A DNA stretch of 57,334 nt from Minisyncoccota bacterium (GCA_041917695.1 JAYRXE010000010.1:1-57334), one strand, 5' to 3'. Shown: positions 8,506 to 17,290, counted from the first letter of the stretch. The notes: generated by a model from the letters alone, not told the origin. Numbers and translations: made by a program.

Positions 8506-9752
8506 AACACCCCACCGCCCAGGTCGATCCCGAAGGGTTTCCTTTGAAGCTACTGAAGGCCCCGACGCCCGAAAAAGTCGATTACTTTGAACGCTACCTC
8601 GTGCGCCACCCGAATCTCGACGCAGTGGATCGGGCGATTTGGCGTGGAATCAACCACAAACCCGGTCCATCCCTTTATTTTGTAATCGGGCCAACCGGCG
8701 TCGGGAAAACCACGCTTCGCGAATCACTTCAACGCCGACTTGATCTGAACGCGCCAACCGTCTCCGCCGATGGCCGTCGCTGGCCGAACTATCTTTCCTG
8801 CGAAATCGCCGCGCCCGAATCCGGGTATATGAACTGGCGCGATTTTTACCGAAATCTCCTGGAACCCCTCGAAACGGAATTCCTCAAGGAACGACTGGGT
8901 GAAAAAGCCTCGAAGTTTCACTTGATCGGGCGTGCCGCCTACAGTCCGCGGGGATCGCTGGCCGACTATCGCGAAACGCTGATCGAGTGGTTTAAGGAAT
9001 CCAGGCCGCCAGCGCTTTTCATCGACGAGACGCAGCACCTGGTCAACCTGAGTTCGGGGCGACTCATGGAACATCTGGACGTTCTCAAATCCTTTGCCAC
9101 TCGGGCAAAAACGAAGATGGTGTTGTTCGGGACCTACCAACTTCTGCCGGGCCGCAACCTCAACGCCCAACTTTCCAGGCGAAGTGTTGACCTTCATTTC
9201 CCGCGCTACGGACTCTCCGACCGTGATACACGGGCGTTCGACAGCATCCTCTGGTCGTTTCAACGACACCTTCCGCTACGGTTCTGCGAAACACTGACCA
9301 ATCATGCCGACCTTCTTTACGCTCGAAGCGTCGGATGCGTCGGTATTCTCAAGAACTGGCTGACCTGGGCGCTTGAAATGGCGTGGGAGGAGAACCGGGG
9401 CAGACTGACGCTTGACCTGTTGAAAAGCGCCGCCCCAAACGTAAAGGTGAGTTCACGGATTGCCGACGAGGCCATCGAAGGCGAAAAACTCATTACGGAC
9501 GAGACCGGATCGGAGGAACACCTTTACGAGATTCTCGGCATGTCGGCACCGAAGAAGCAGATCGAAACACCGATGCACCCCATGCTTGAAACGGAAATCC
9601 CCAAAATGGAGAATCGAAAAGGCAACGCGAAAAAAAAGACGCGGTCTTCCGAACCCGACCTGAAAGTCCTCAAGACGGTCAGCCGCAAGCCTCGACTGCC
9701 TCACTCCATCGGGAAACGAAATCCAAAACGCGACCCAGTTGGAAAAGGGTAA
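8502..9752 (+). CDS. TnsC/TniB-family AAA+ transposition ATPase
   Basis: Walker A GPTGVGKT and Walker B LFIDETQH. The start overlaps the stop of the transposase (ATGA). Lys/Arg-rich C-terminal tail. Confidence 0.8.
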   Translation: MKHPTAQVDPEGFPLKLLKAPTPEKVDYFERYLVRHPNLDAVDRAIWRGINHKPGPSLYFVIGPTGVGKTTLRESLQRRLDLNAPTVSADGRRWPNYLSCEIAAPESGYMNWRDFYRNLLEPLETEFLKERLGEKASKFHLIGRAAYSPRGSLADYRETLIEWFKESRPPALFIDETQHLVNLSSGRLMEHLDVLKSFATRAKTKMVLFGTYQLLPGRNLNAQLSRRSVDLHFPRYGLSDRDTRAFDSILWSFQRHLPLRFCETLTNHADLLYARSVGCVGILKNWLTWALEMAWEENRGRLTLDLLKSAAPNVKVSSRIADEAIEGEKLITDETGSEEHLYEILGMSAPKKQIETPMHPMLETEIPKMENRKGNAKKKTRSSEPDLKVLKTVSRKPRLPHSIGKRNPKRDPVGKG

Positions 9753-9940
9753 AATCGAACGGCGAAAGCTCGGGGCCGAGCATTCAGGGTCGAAAGACTG
9801 GTTGTTACCGGCATTCCTGGGACCATAGTCTGGCCGCGGTGGCCAATCTACAGTCCCAGTTACAGCTGAAGCCTTCATTCCTAACAACATAAATGGCTTT
9901 ATCGGACACAACTTCTTTACGCAGATTGAAGTTCAGACAA

Positions 9941-10609
9941 TCAGTCCCCCGTCAATACATCTTCCTCGCGCCAAAAAAGGGAGAGGTCTGTTGTGCAGCC
10001 CCCGCTGCCGCAACTAAATGCCTGAACAATCCAAACTGGATCGAAACCAGTAGCTTTTATTTTCAGAGTTTCATAAAGGCCCGTATGCGGTGATCCTTTT
10101 TCGGTTTTTCTCAAAATTCGAAATCCGGCTGCTGTCAATGTGGGGGTGATGTTGAAATCCGCACCACTGTTTACACTTCCAAAAGTTTCTTCTGGCATTG
10201 AAACAGAAAGGCACATTGGGACTTTGTCTCCCAACAAGTAAACTTTCCACGGGAGTGGGGATCTACCGTTTCTTCCAAGTAGCCAAGGGTATTGACCGTT
10301 GACCGAGAAGTACCCTGATGCTTCTCGATACCGAGGAAAGTTCTCCGAGTAGGGTACTTCGCTATTATTTCCCTCGACGTAAACGACCCCATTGGTTTTC
10401 CACCGAATCGGTAAGTTCGAGTCTCCTGTTCCGATTTCCCAGCGGGGATAATCTCCCTCACCTTCTTTGACTAGGAATGACTTGAGCACAACTGCAAGTT
10501 CCACTCTGGTTTGTTTTCGATCAACCTTTTTCTTTTGTCCTTGGGAATTCGAAAAGGTAGAAAAAAAGATAACCAGCAAAAACACCAAGGCCTGGGTACG
10601 TTTCATCAT
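9941..10609 (-). CDS. secreted hypothetical protein (222 aa)
   Basis: ORF track. N-terminal signal peptide (MMKRTQALVFLLVIFFSTFSNSQG). AT-rich gene. Confidence 0.6.
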   Translation of the reverse strand: MMKRTQALVFLLVIFFSTFSNSQGQKKKVDRKQTRVELAVVLKSFLVKEGEGDYPRWEIGTGDSNLPIRWKTNGVVYVEGNNSEVPYSENFPRYREASGYFSVNGQYPWLLGRNGRSPLPWKVYLLGDKVPMCLSVSMPEETFGSVNSGADFNITPTLTAAGFRILRKTEKGSPHTGLYETLKIKATGFDPVWIVQAFSCGSGGCTTDLSLFWREEDVLTGD

Positions 10610-10744
10610 TGCCAGATTTCCTCTTTCGAATTTCTCATTCCTTCATCCTTCATAGATTTGCGCCAAAGGCATAGACTTTCAAGATAAAGAAAAGCACCTC
10701 TTCAACGACAATCTTTTGAGACCATACTCACCGGGATTCTCAGA

Positions 10745-11300
10745 TTGACAAAACGCTTTCTGACTCGTAAAAACCTGCTGTGCGAAACCTGTTTAATCTT
10801 TTCGCATCGTGCGTGGTTAGAGCTTGCAGAATACGAAGGTAGGAAGAACGTAGGTCAAATGGCAACCATATTCAGGGGCGTAGCCACCCGGCAGGCGATA
10901 AGTGCTTGGCGGCCCAAAGCGAGTCCCCGTACTGCCCGTTGAAATCCTACCCCCGCTTAGGTTGGCGCACGTTAAGCTGTCGCAAGACGGCATCGGACCG
11001 CAGTCGAACAGGCACCGACTGTTAGCCGCAACCGGGACCTGCACGAGCAATCCATACCGTGGCTCCATTACCGGAATGCTTGCCGTTGACCGAGGGTTAG
11101 GTCAACGTGTGTCCACCCGATCACCACCCCGGAATTTTACACCTTCACAAAGGTTCGTAACAGCAAGGCTAAAGCAAGTCCGCTGCTCAACAACAAGCTC
11201 AACGCCACGACCGACGGCGGATCCATACCGCATACCTTGGTGCAGAGGGGGGCGGCGGCGGCAATGGCAATTTGCGTCTTCAGTTTTCGATTTCAACTAA
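10745..11300. ncRNA. ORF-poor GC-rich segment: candidate structured RNA or decayed gene remnant, class unknown
   Basis: No protein-like ORF in six frames over about 650 bp. Visibly more GC-rich than both flanking AT-rich genes. Perfect local stems: CGTTGACC/GGTCAACG at 11085-11108 and CAGTCG/CGACTG at 11001-11022. TCCATACCG occurs twice. Confidence 0.25.
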
Positions 11301-11316
11301 AGGCATGAAATTAGGC

Positions 11317-11345
11317 CCATCAACTGAAGGACAGTGTTGATGGGC
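11317..11345 (-). terminator. 9-bp perfect hairpin downstream of the 199-aa gene
   Basis: CCCATCAAC-N11-GTTGATGGG about 50 nt after the stop at 11395. The U-tract on the minus strand is weak. Confidence 0.35.
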
Positions 11346-11394
11346 CGTCAGAACGCCTCGATCAATCTCACGTTCTTGCAAACGAAAGCCACGA

Positions 11395-11994
11395 TCAGGC
11401 TTCAAAGTGAAGTGCACCTTCTTTGAAGGCTGCTGCCACCACTTGAGATGTAAACAGAACATGCCGAGTAACTGTGATGAGATAGTCCAAAAACAGCGTT
11501 CTCGTCAAAGCATGTTCAAGAGGCTGCAAAGAACGCAACCATCGCTGTTTACGGAAGTCATCGTGGAAGTAGAATCCGTTCACCCACAAATCGGCGACCT
11601 GTTCAGGCAAAAGAAGCTTACCGTTAAAAAATAGCGGAAACTTTTTCCCCAAGAGATATTCCTTCCATATTCTTCGCTCTTCTCTCATCTCCTGTAAAAG
11701 GTAGTCTGACGTTAGGGACCGTTCGAGCATATTTCTGATCTTCCCGAGAAATACCGGCTCGGCGTCCGATACAAAACGCCTGAACATCAGCAAAAACGCC
11801 TGCAAATCATTTTCGTCCGGCTGAGGTGAACTGAATGAAAGTCCTTGGAAACGATCAAAGTTGATTGTTAAGGACGTTTGAAGACGTCGATCCTGAAGAA
11901 GGCGTGTATTCAGCAAATGATCGACCCTACTCAAAAAAAGCTCCAACACTTCCGGTGTTGAGCGCTGACTGGCTTCTTCTTTTTTCCTTGCCAC
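11395..11994 (-). CDS. hypothetical protein (199 aa)
   Basis: ORF track. GTG start directly preceded by AGGAGGAGGGA. No recognisable domain. Confidence 0.6.
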   Translation of the reverse strand: MARKKEEASQRSTPEVLELFLSRVDHLLNTRLLQDRRLQTSLTINFDRFQGLSFSSPQPDENDLQAFLLMFRRFVSDAEPVFLGKIRNMLERSLTSDYLLQEMREERRIWKEYLLGKKFPLFFNGKLLLPEQVADLWVNGFYFHDDFRKQRWLRSLQPLEHALTRTLFLDYLITVTRHVLFTSQVVAAAFKEGALHFEA

Positions 11995-12093
11995 TCCCTC
12001 CTCCTAAAAATCCCTAAAACCGTTCATGTCAGATACTGATCTTCACAAGTTTCGGACGGCGGAAAGATATTTCTACCCTTCCGCCGTGAGCGG

Positions 12094-12243
12094 TTATTTC
12101 TTTTTGGTTTTCCCAGTCGCCTGGGTGAGAGCCGAAGCAGCAACCGACTTTACATTTTTCGGTGTCTTCGGATTCGACAGCAGCTTCGATGCGGTCGAAG
12201 CCACTTTGGGAGACGTAGATTCGGACGTGGCTTTCCTGGCCAT
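12094..12243 (-). CDS. small basic Lys/Ser/Ala-rich protein (49 aa)
   Basis: Internal Met of ORF 12094..12372 (MARKATSESTSPKVASTASKLL...). GGAGGG lies 5 nt upstream of this ATG. Confidence 0.55.
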   Translation of the reverse strand: MARKATSESTSPKVASTASKLLSNPKTPKNVKSVAASALTQATGKTKKK

Positions 12244-12461
12244 ATTCCCTCCGCTTTCGTTAAGGACAATATCTTTCGGTCTTGTCTCATCTTTTTCAGA
12301 CCAGAAGTACTTACAGCGTTCATAAGTCCTCACGGTCGGAGGAATAATAAGACCAACTACTTTGCATGGCAAATCAAAAAGCCACTATAACTTGTTACAT
12401 TTCCATTCTCTACAACTAGAAGCTGTGGGCGCCCCGATTGCCCTTCCGATTCCTCACGTCT

Positions 12462-14444
12462 TTATTTTTTTTCACCACTCGGGCCTTCCATCAGGCAACG
12501 CTGACATTCGGTACCAAAAACCTCGAACACCACCGCCGGAGCAACCCCTGAATCCATCTCCATTTGTCCAGGTGAGTGCCCGGGAAGGTAAAATTCTCCG
12601 GTCATGGCGTTACAGGAATTACAAACGTTCGCCGGATACTCTCTTTGTTGCGTTTGGCTGAAACAAGGCCTGATGATCGCTCCTTTTTCAATTGCAAAGG
12701 CCAATTCGGCTTCACTGAAATTTTCAGGAGACCCAATCACACCGCCTTGGACACAATCTCCGGTCATGGCGACCTTCATATCGGCATCGCAATTCCAGCA
12801 CTTTGAATCGACGACGAGGACCAGCCTCTGGGAATAAGGTTCACCACAATCACATCGTCCGAAGGGTGCCTCTTCTTTCTCCTTCTTCGATTTCCGACCT
12901 TTGGTTTTCTCTTTTCGCGCCTTTTTTCCTTTTCCCGTCGTCTCCGGCACGTCCACACCCACAGTTTCCTTTTCCTGAATTTCGGCCATGGCGTTTTCCT
13001 GTCGATCCTCCCCCGCGGCCGATGTGGCTTCGAGTTTCTGTTCTGGCACGGTCAGTCCATAGGCTTCGGCGATGGCTCGCAAAATGTCAATTTCGTCGGC
13101 CGGAATTCCCTTTTCAAATAATTGATCTATTTCCGCCTGGAGTTCCCGGATCGTCCGCCGTTCCCTTCCCTTATGGTCAACCGTTCTGGCCTCACCACCG
13201 ACCCGTTCTCGAAGAAAGTCCTCCCTGCCTCTTCGTGCCTGCTCGCAATCGAAGTTTCGGTAGAAAGCCCTTTCGGCAAGGCGTCTCAGGCGCTCACCGG
13301 CCAGATTTCGAACCGCCATCCACCGGACTTCAGGCCCCAAGCCGTTGTGGAAACGTTGGATTTCGTCCTTCGATTCTTCGAGCTCATGACCGAACTGACC
13401 TTCATTGAGGCTGGCGTCGAGATCGAGGTTCGGGTAGGTCCCGAATTCGGGTTTCATACCTTTCAAGAAAATGTCCACACCATTCGTTCCGATGATGCCC
13501 AGATTTTTCCGGATCAGTGCTCTCCTGTCATCGGTGATCGTTCCCTTTTCTGGCCTCAGTACAAACGGGACTTCCCCGGGTTTACGAGTGATGACTTGTG
13601 GCGGCTGCGAGGTATCCCCCTTCAGCCATGCTTCCAGATCGCTTTCCAACAGCAACCAGATCTGGCGCCCGAATTTCTCGGTTCGAGCGAGGACGGCCGG
13701 TAACTGGTAGTTCTTTCCATGCGCCCGCTGAGACAGGAGTATTCCGGTTCGAACATCTCGTCCCCGCGCCTTCACGGTTTTCATTTTTTCAATCGCCTGA
13801 AGGTCTTCATGCGGCGAAAATCGGCTCAACGCGGCGTAAAGGAGTTTTCCGTCTCCTTTTTTCATCAAATCCATCAGTTCGACCATCAATCGAACATCTT
13901 CCGCCGCTTCGGAACAGTCACCGACTTCAAGGCCGTTTTCACAAGCGACGGCCCGCAATGCGAAATTGATCGTGCCGTCCTCGCGAACCGGAAATTTCAG
14001 CACATCGGGGGCAAACACTTTGAAAAGGACCAGGATCGGCAACAAATCGCCACGACGACGCCCCTTCCCCTCCAAACCGGCCGGGTCCAGCAAGTTTCTG
14101 AAACACAGGAAACGGGAGACCTCGTGGTCGAGGCCGAAGGCGTTGAACCCGATTGCCGTGGTCCCGGGTCTGGAAAACTGCTGGTGAATCAGAAAAGCCG
14201 ATTCGTATTCGGTTACTCCGTCATTCCAAACGGCCGGGGGAGTCCCGAGACCCCGGAGAGATTCCAAGGTCGGGACAACGTCTCGTCTCAATCTGATCCT
14301 GAAGTCGAGTTCCTCCAGCAGCTGCCCTTCAAGACTCCGCCTTTGCGCGACGAATCGGACAGGCTGATCGAAAACCGGATTGAATCCGGTCAGGACAAAA
14401 TCAAAGAAAAGAAGTGACGCCTGATTCTCGTTTTGATCCCTCAT
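12462..14444 (-). CDS. exonuclease I (SbcB)-like protein with degenerate DEDDh motifs and a C-terminal Lys-rich linker plus multi-Cys zinc-ribbon domain
   Basis: Residues 1-470 are colinear with E. coli ExoI as I recall it. LLFFDFVLTG aligns with FLFHDYETFG, GFNAFGLDHEVSR with GYNNVRFDDEVTR, and AFYRNF with FNYRARNF. The Exo-I Glu reads Val and the Exo-III His reads Ser. The tail has GKGKKARKEKTKGRKSKKEKEE followed by CDCG...CWNC...CNSC...CQRC. Confidence 0.65.
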   Translation of the reverse strand: MRDQNENQASLLFFDFVLTGFNPVFDQPVRFVAQRRSLEGQLLEELDFRIRLRRDVVPTLESLRGLGTPPAVWNDGVTEYESAFLIHQQFSRPGTTAIGFNAFGLDHEVSRFLCFRNLLDPAGLEGKGRRRGDLLPILVLFKVFAPDVLKFPVREDGTINFALRAVACENGLEVGDCSEAAEDVRLMVELMDLMKKGDGKLLYAALSRFSPHEDLQAIEKMKTVKARGRDVRTGILLSQRAHGKNYQLPAVLARTEKFGRQIWLLLESDLEAWLKGDTSQPPQVITRKPGEVPFVLRPEKGTITDDRRALIRKNLGIIGTNGVDIFLKGMKPEFGTYPNLDLDASLNEGQFGHELEESKDEIQRFHNGLGPEVRWMAVRNLAGERLRRLAERAFYRNFDCEQARRGREDFLRERVGGEARTVDHKGRERRTIRELQAEIDQLFEKGIPADEIDILRAIAEAYGLTVPEQKLEATSAAGEDRQENAMAEIQEKETVGVDVPETTGKGKKARKEKTKGRKSKKEKEEAPFGRCDCGEPYSQRLVLVVDSKCWNCDADMKVAMTGDCVQGGVIGSPENFSEAELAFAIEKGAIIRPCFSQTQQREYPANVCNSCNAMTGEFYLPGHSPGQMEMDSGVAPAVVFEVFGTECQRCLMEGPSGEKK

Positions 14445-14506
14445 CGTTCCCTCTCAACGGCTTTGGCCGAATTGTTTTTTTCGAACTATCCCGACTTCCC
14501 CGCCTT

Positions 14507-14547
14507 AGTCAAAAATCGGAACAAAAAGGCTGTTCCGAAATTTGACT
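14507..14547. promoter_or_regulatory. imperfect palindrome in the divergent intergenic region, operator-like
   Basis: AGTCAAAAATCGGAAC-N9-GTTCCGAAATTTGACT. The half-site AGTCAAATTTCGGAAC recurs at 41115-41130 and 42838-42853. Confidence 0.5.
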
Positions 14548-14578
14548 TTCAACCCGACGCCTCGTTAAAACGGCTGGT

Positions 14579-15436
14579 ATGTACCCCATCTCGAATATCG
14601 TCATTCGTTGGCACGATGCCTATAAAACCATCGGCGAGGTCGTTCACGCCGACCGGTCTCCTATTGGTTGCCTGACAAAATCAGGACTGTCCGGTTATAT
14701 CGTTTATCGGTTTCTTCCTTTAACCCGGGATGAAGTGGTTCAGCGGGATCTTCCTTTACTTTATTTATCCAAGGATGCTCAGACTGCCCCGGCGCCGAAT
14801 TTTCACGGACTTCACCAGATCGGGGAATTCAGCCTCGATCAAGGAATCCTGACTCTGACCGGCCAGGCCGAATACACCGAAGTCTTCGAAACTTTTCCCG
14901 AGATACCTGAAACCAGACTTCAAAGCCCTGTTTCGATCTGCCTTCCGGAGCTGCCTGATCCTCATACCTTCCTTTCGCTTCACTTCGACCGGCAGAAGGA
15001 CTTCATGGATCAATTTTTGAGTGACCTCTTTCTAAAAAATCCTCAGATTTCCCCGATTGTTCTCCGGCGGGCATTTCGAACCGTCTGGGGACGCTATCCG
15101 ACAAAAGCGCAACTCAAATCACTTTCCGCCACCCATCCGACTCACTACGCAAAATCAGCCTCGATTGAAAACTGGCCAACACCTATTCCGAAATCCTTTT
15201 CCTCCATTACTGAAAGGAACGACTACATCGCCAGGCTCTATTCAATAAACCCAGGGGCATCACTTAAGAACCTTGCCTCCGCCTTGGAAGAAAAATTGGG
15301 GATCACACTCACCAGAGCCGCATTGCAACTGCTTCTCAAAAAAGCCGGCATCGATACCAGCCGAGGAAAGAAAAACTCAAAGTCAAAAACGAAAGGGAAA
15401 TCCCATGCCGAAAGTAATCTCACTTCAAAACCATAA
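14579..15436 (+). CDS. hypothetical protein (285 aa) preceding parA
   Basis: ORF track. No recognisable domain. Lys-rich C-terminus. Overlaps the parA start by 32 nt. Confidence 0.55.
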   Translation: MYPISNIVIRWHDAYKTIGEVVHADRSPIGCLTKSGLSGYIVYRFLPLTRDEVVQRDLPLLYLSKDAQTAPAPNFHGLHQIGEFSLDQGILTLTGQAEYTEVFETFPEIPETRLQSPVSICLPELPDPHTFLSLHFDRQKDFMDQFLSDLFLKNPQISPIVLRRAFRTVWGRYPTKAQLKSLSATHPTHYAKSASIENWPTPIPKSFSSITERNDYIARLYSINPGASLKNLASALEEKLGITLTRAALQLLLKKAGIDTSRGKKNSKSKTKGKSHAESNLTSKP

Positions 15437-16145
15437 AGGCGGGGTTGGAAAAACCACCATTTCCTACCTGCTCGGAACGCTTCTCTCGCGCCACGGAAAG
15501 AAAACACTTCTGGTGGATACCGATCCACAGTCCAACCTCACTCGAAGCGTCGGGCTTGTACCCGAAAATCTCGGGACGACCATTCTTGATGCGTGGGTCG
15601 GGAAAACACCCGCCGCTCAAGCCCTTGCCAATGTCGGCGAAAACCTCTTCATCCTTCCTTCAAATTTCAATCTGGCTTTTCTCGAACAGAATTTCGGGCC
15701 CTATGTTCTTTCCAAGGAAATCCAACTGAAGAAGGCGCTTGATCCTATCCTCGATGACTTCGACGTCGTCATCGTTGATACGCCGCCGAATTTCGGACTG
15801 ACTGTTTCGAGCGTCCTGGCCTTTGCCAACCTGATCATCGTCCCGGTCAATCCCCATCCCTTCGCTCTCAGCGGTTTTGATCAGTTTTTCAAGATCTTCG
15901 AAGCGGCTCGCCTTGAACTGAACTCCCAGCTTCCGCCCCCCAAAATCCTCCTGAACATGACCGAGCGGACCAACATGACAAAGGTCGTTTTCGAAATGAT
16001 CGACCAAGATTTTCCTGGCGCGCGTCTAATCACCCAACTCAGGCGGACCGTACGTTTGGCCGAGGTTACCGTCTCCGACTTGACCCTTTCCGCCGAAATC
16101 CAAGACGACTTGCTGGCGCTCGCCGCTGAACTTCACCTGCTGTGA
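15405..16145 (+). CDS. parA: ParA/Soj-family partition ATPase
   Basis: Internal Met of ORF 15273..16145. Deviant Walker A KGGVGKTT directly after MPKVISLQNH. DTPP motif. Confidence 0.85.
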   Translation: MPKVISLQNHKGGVGKTTISYLLGTLLSRHGKKTLLVDTDPQSNLTRSVGLVPENLGTTILDAWVGKTPAAQALANVGENLFILPSNFNLAFLEQNFGPYVLSKEIQLKKALDPILDDFDVVIVDTPPNFGLTVSSVLAFANLIIVPVNPHPFALSGFDQFFKIFEAARLELNSQLPPPKILLNMTERTNMTKVVFEMIDQDFPGARLITQLRRTVRLAEVTVSDLTLSAEIQDDLLALAAELHLL

Positions 16146-16152
16146 GGACACC

Positions 16153-17040
16153 ATGTCAAAATCACTCCAATTACGGGGATCGTTCGCTACCCCTGCTAAA
16201 ACAAATTCAACCGCCGACGTTCCACCGAGCGCTTTGCGCTTTCCCCAAACACCGGCGGCCTCGGATCAAATCGTCCCGATCTCCTCCATCAAAGTCGGAT
16301 ACCGGGCACGCAGGTTTTTAGATCTTTCGAAACTCCAATTGCTCAAGGATTCCATCTCGGAAATCGGCCTACTTTCTCCAATTGGGGTGACTCCCGATCT
16401 CGAACTGGTGTATGGAGGGCGACGGCTTCAGGCTTGCCAGGAACTCGGCTTCGAAGGGATTCCGGTTCGCTTCATTCACAATCTTGACGAACTTGCCAAA
16501 CTCAAAGCCGAGCACGATGAGAACGTCTGCCGGCAGGATTTCACCCCCGGTGAAAGGTTTGAGCTGGTGACCCGTCTCTATGAGTTGTTCGAACCGGCTG
16601 CTCAAGAACGTCAGCTTCATTCCCGTTTTCAAAGGAAGCATACGGAACAAACCGATTCGCCTTCCCCCTTACTCGAATCAAACCCGACTCCCAGCGGCGA
16701 AACAGCCGACTTCATATCGACCTTTGTCGGCCTAAGTCCGGCAACCGTCCGCAACATCAAAGCGATCCGTACCTTTGGAGATACGGAACTCGAAGCGAAA
16801 GTCCTTTCAGGAGAAGTCTCGGTTTCCGAGGCAGCCGCCAGAGTCCGAAAACAGAAGAAGGGCAAGGCATCGACGCCAACCAAACTCAACAAGCGACTAA
16901 AGCTAAAGAAAAACCTCGACAATGGGACAGTCCAGGTTCAGATCGACATCCAGCTTACCAGCGGCAAAATCACCCCCGAGAAACTCCAGAGTCTCCTGCA
17001 AGAACTCATCGGGCACATCGAAACGGCGGTCTCTTACTGA
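16153..17040 (+). CDS. parB: ParB/Srx N-terminal-domain protein
   Basis: ParB-box region (LLSPIGV...LVYGGRRLQACQELG). Lies immediately downstream of parA. Confidence 0.75.
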   Translation: MSKSLQLRGSFATPAKTNSTADVPPSALRFPQTPAASDQIVPISSIKVGYRARRFLDLSKLQLLKDSISEIGLLSPIGVTPDLELVYGGRRLQACQELGFEGIPVRFIHNLDELAKLKAEHDENVCRQDFTPGERFELVTRLYELFEPAAQERQLHSRFQRKHTEQTDSPSPLLESNPTPSGETADFISTFVGLSPATVRNIKAIRTFGDTELEAKVLSGEVSVSEAAARVRKQKKGKASTPTKLNKRLKLKKNLDNGTVQVQIDIQLTSGKITPEKLQSLLQELIGHIETAVSY

Positions 17041-17290
17041 CGGTCCCGTTAGCTATCATGGGACCGTGGCTTCCCCGACAGCTTGTTTACCCAGAGCATC
17101 TTTCTTCGACGGTCCCGTTACAGCTAACGGGACCGCGTTTCAGATCGCTTTCACATCGAAACGGCTGTCTCTTTCTGACGGTCCCGTTAGCTATCATGGG
17201 ACCGTGGCTTTCCCGACAGTTTGTTTACTCAGAGCATTTTTCTTCGACGGTCCCGTTACAGCTAACGGGACCGCGTTTCAGATCGCTTTC
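17014..17290. repeat. 138-bp tandem duplication (2 copies, about 96% identical) with four palindromes; candidate parS/centromere or iterons
   Basis: Copy 1 is 17014-17151 and copy 2 is 17152-17289. Each copy holds ACGGTCCC-N12-GGGACCGT (17040-17067, 17178-17205) and CGGTCCCGTTA-cagc-TAACGGGACCG (17110-17135, 17248-17273). Copy 1 overlaps the last 27 nt of parB. Confidence 0.8.

Larger units (their letters stand above)
5842..9752 (+). mobile_element. Tn7-like transposition core (TnsA-TnsB fusion plus TnsC/TniB); element ends not identified
   Basis: Two translationally coupled genes with the hallmark domains (see the CDS entries). No terminal TGT...ACA inverted repeats or multiple TnsB-site repeats could be defined with confidence. 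Confidence 0.6.

Noticed and set aside
10817-11300. ORFs 10902..11300 (+), 10817..11068 (-) and 11102..11296 (-) in the ORF-poor segment.
   Set aside because: They have no RBS, a biased Arg/Pro/Gly composition and mutual overlap. They are not credible coding sequences.
10745-11300. Tested the segment by eye as RNase P RNA, tmRNA, a group II intron (GTGCG occurs on both strands at about 10809 and 10968) and a cobalamin riboswitch.
   Set aside because: None of the defining signatures is present. There is no GAGGAAAGTCCGGGC, no tRNA-like CCA end or tag ORF, no domain V (AGC...GTACGG) and no B12 box. The class stays unknown.
12421-12450. CTGTGGGCG...CGATTGCCCTTCC shares CTGTGGGC and a 12-mer (GGAAGGGCAATC, inverted) with the R1 end plus the 30-mer at 41253-41300.
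   Set aside because: These are short matches found after many by-eye comparisons. The orientation is inconsistent. This may be chance.
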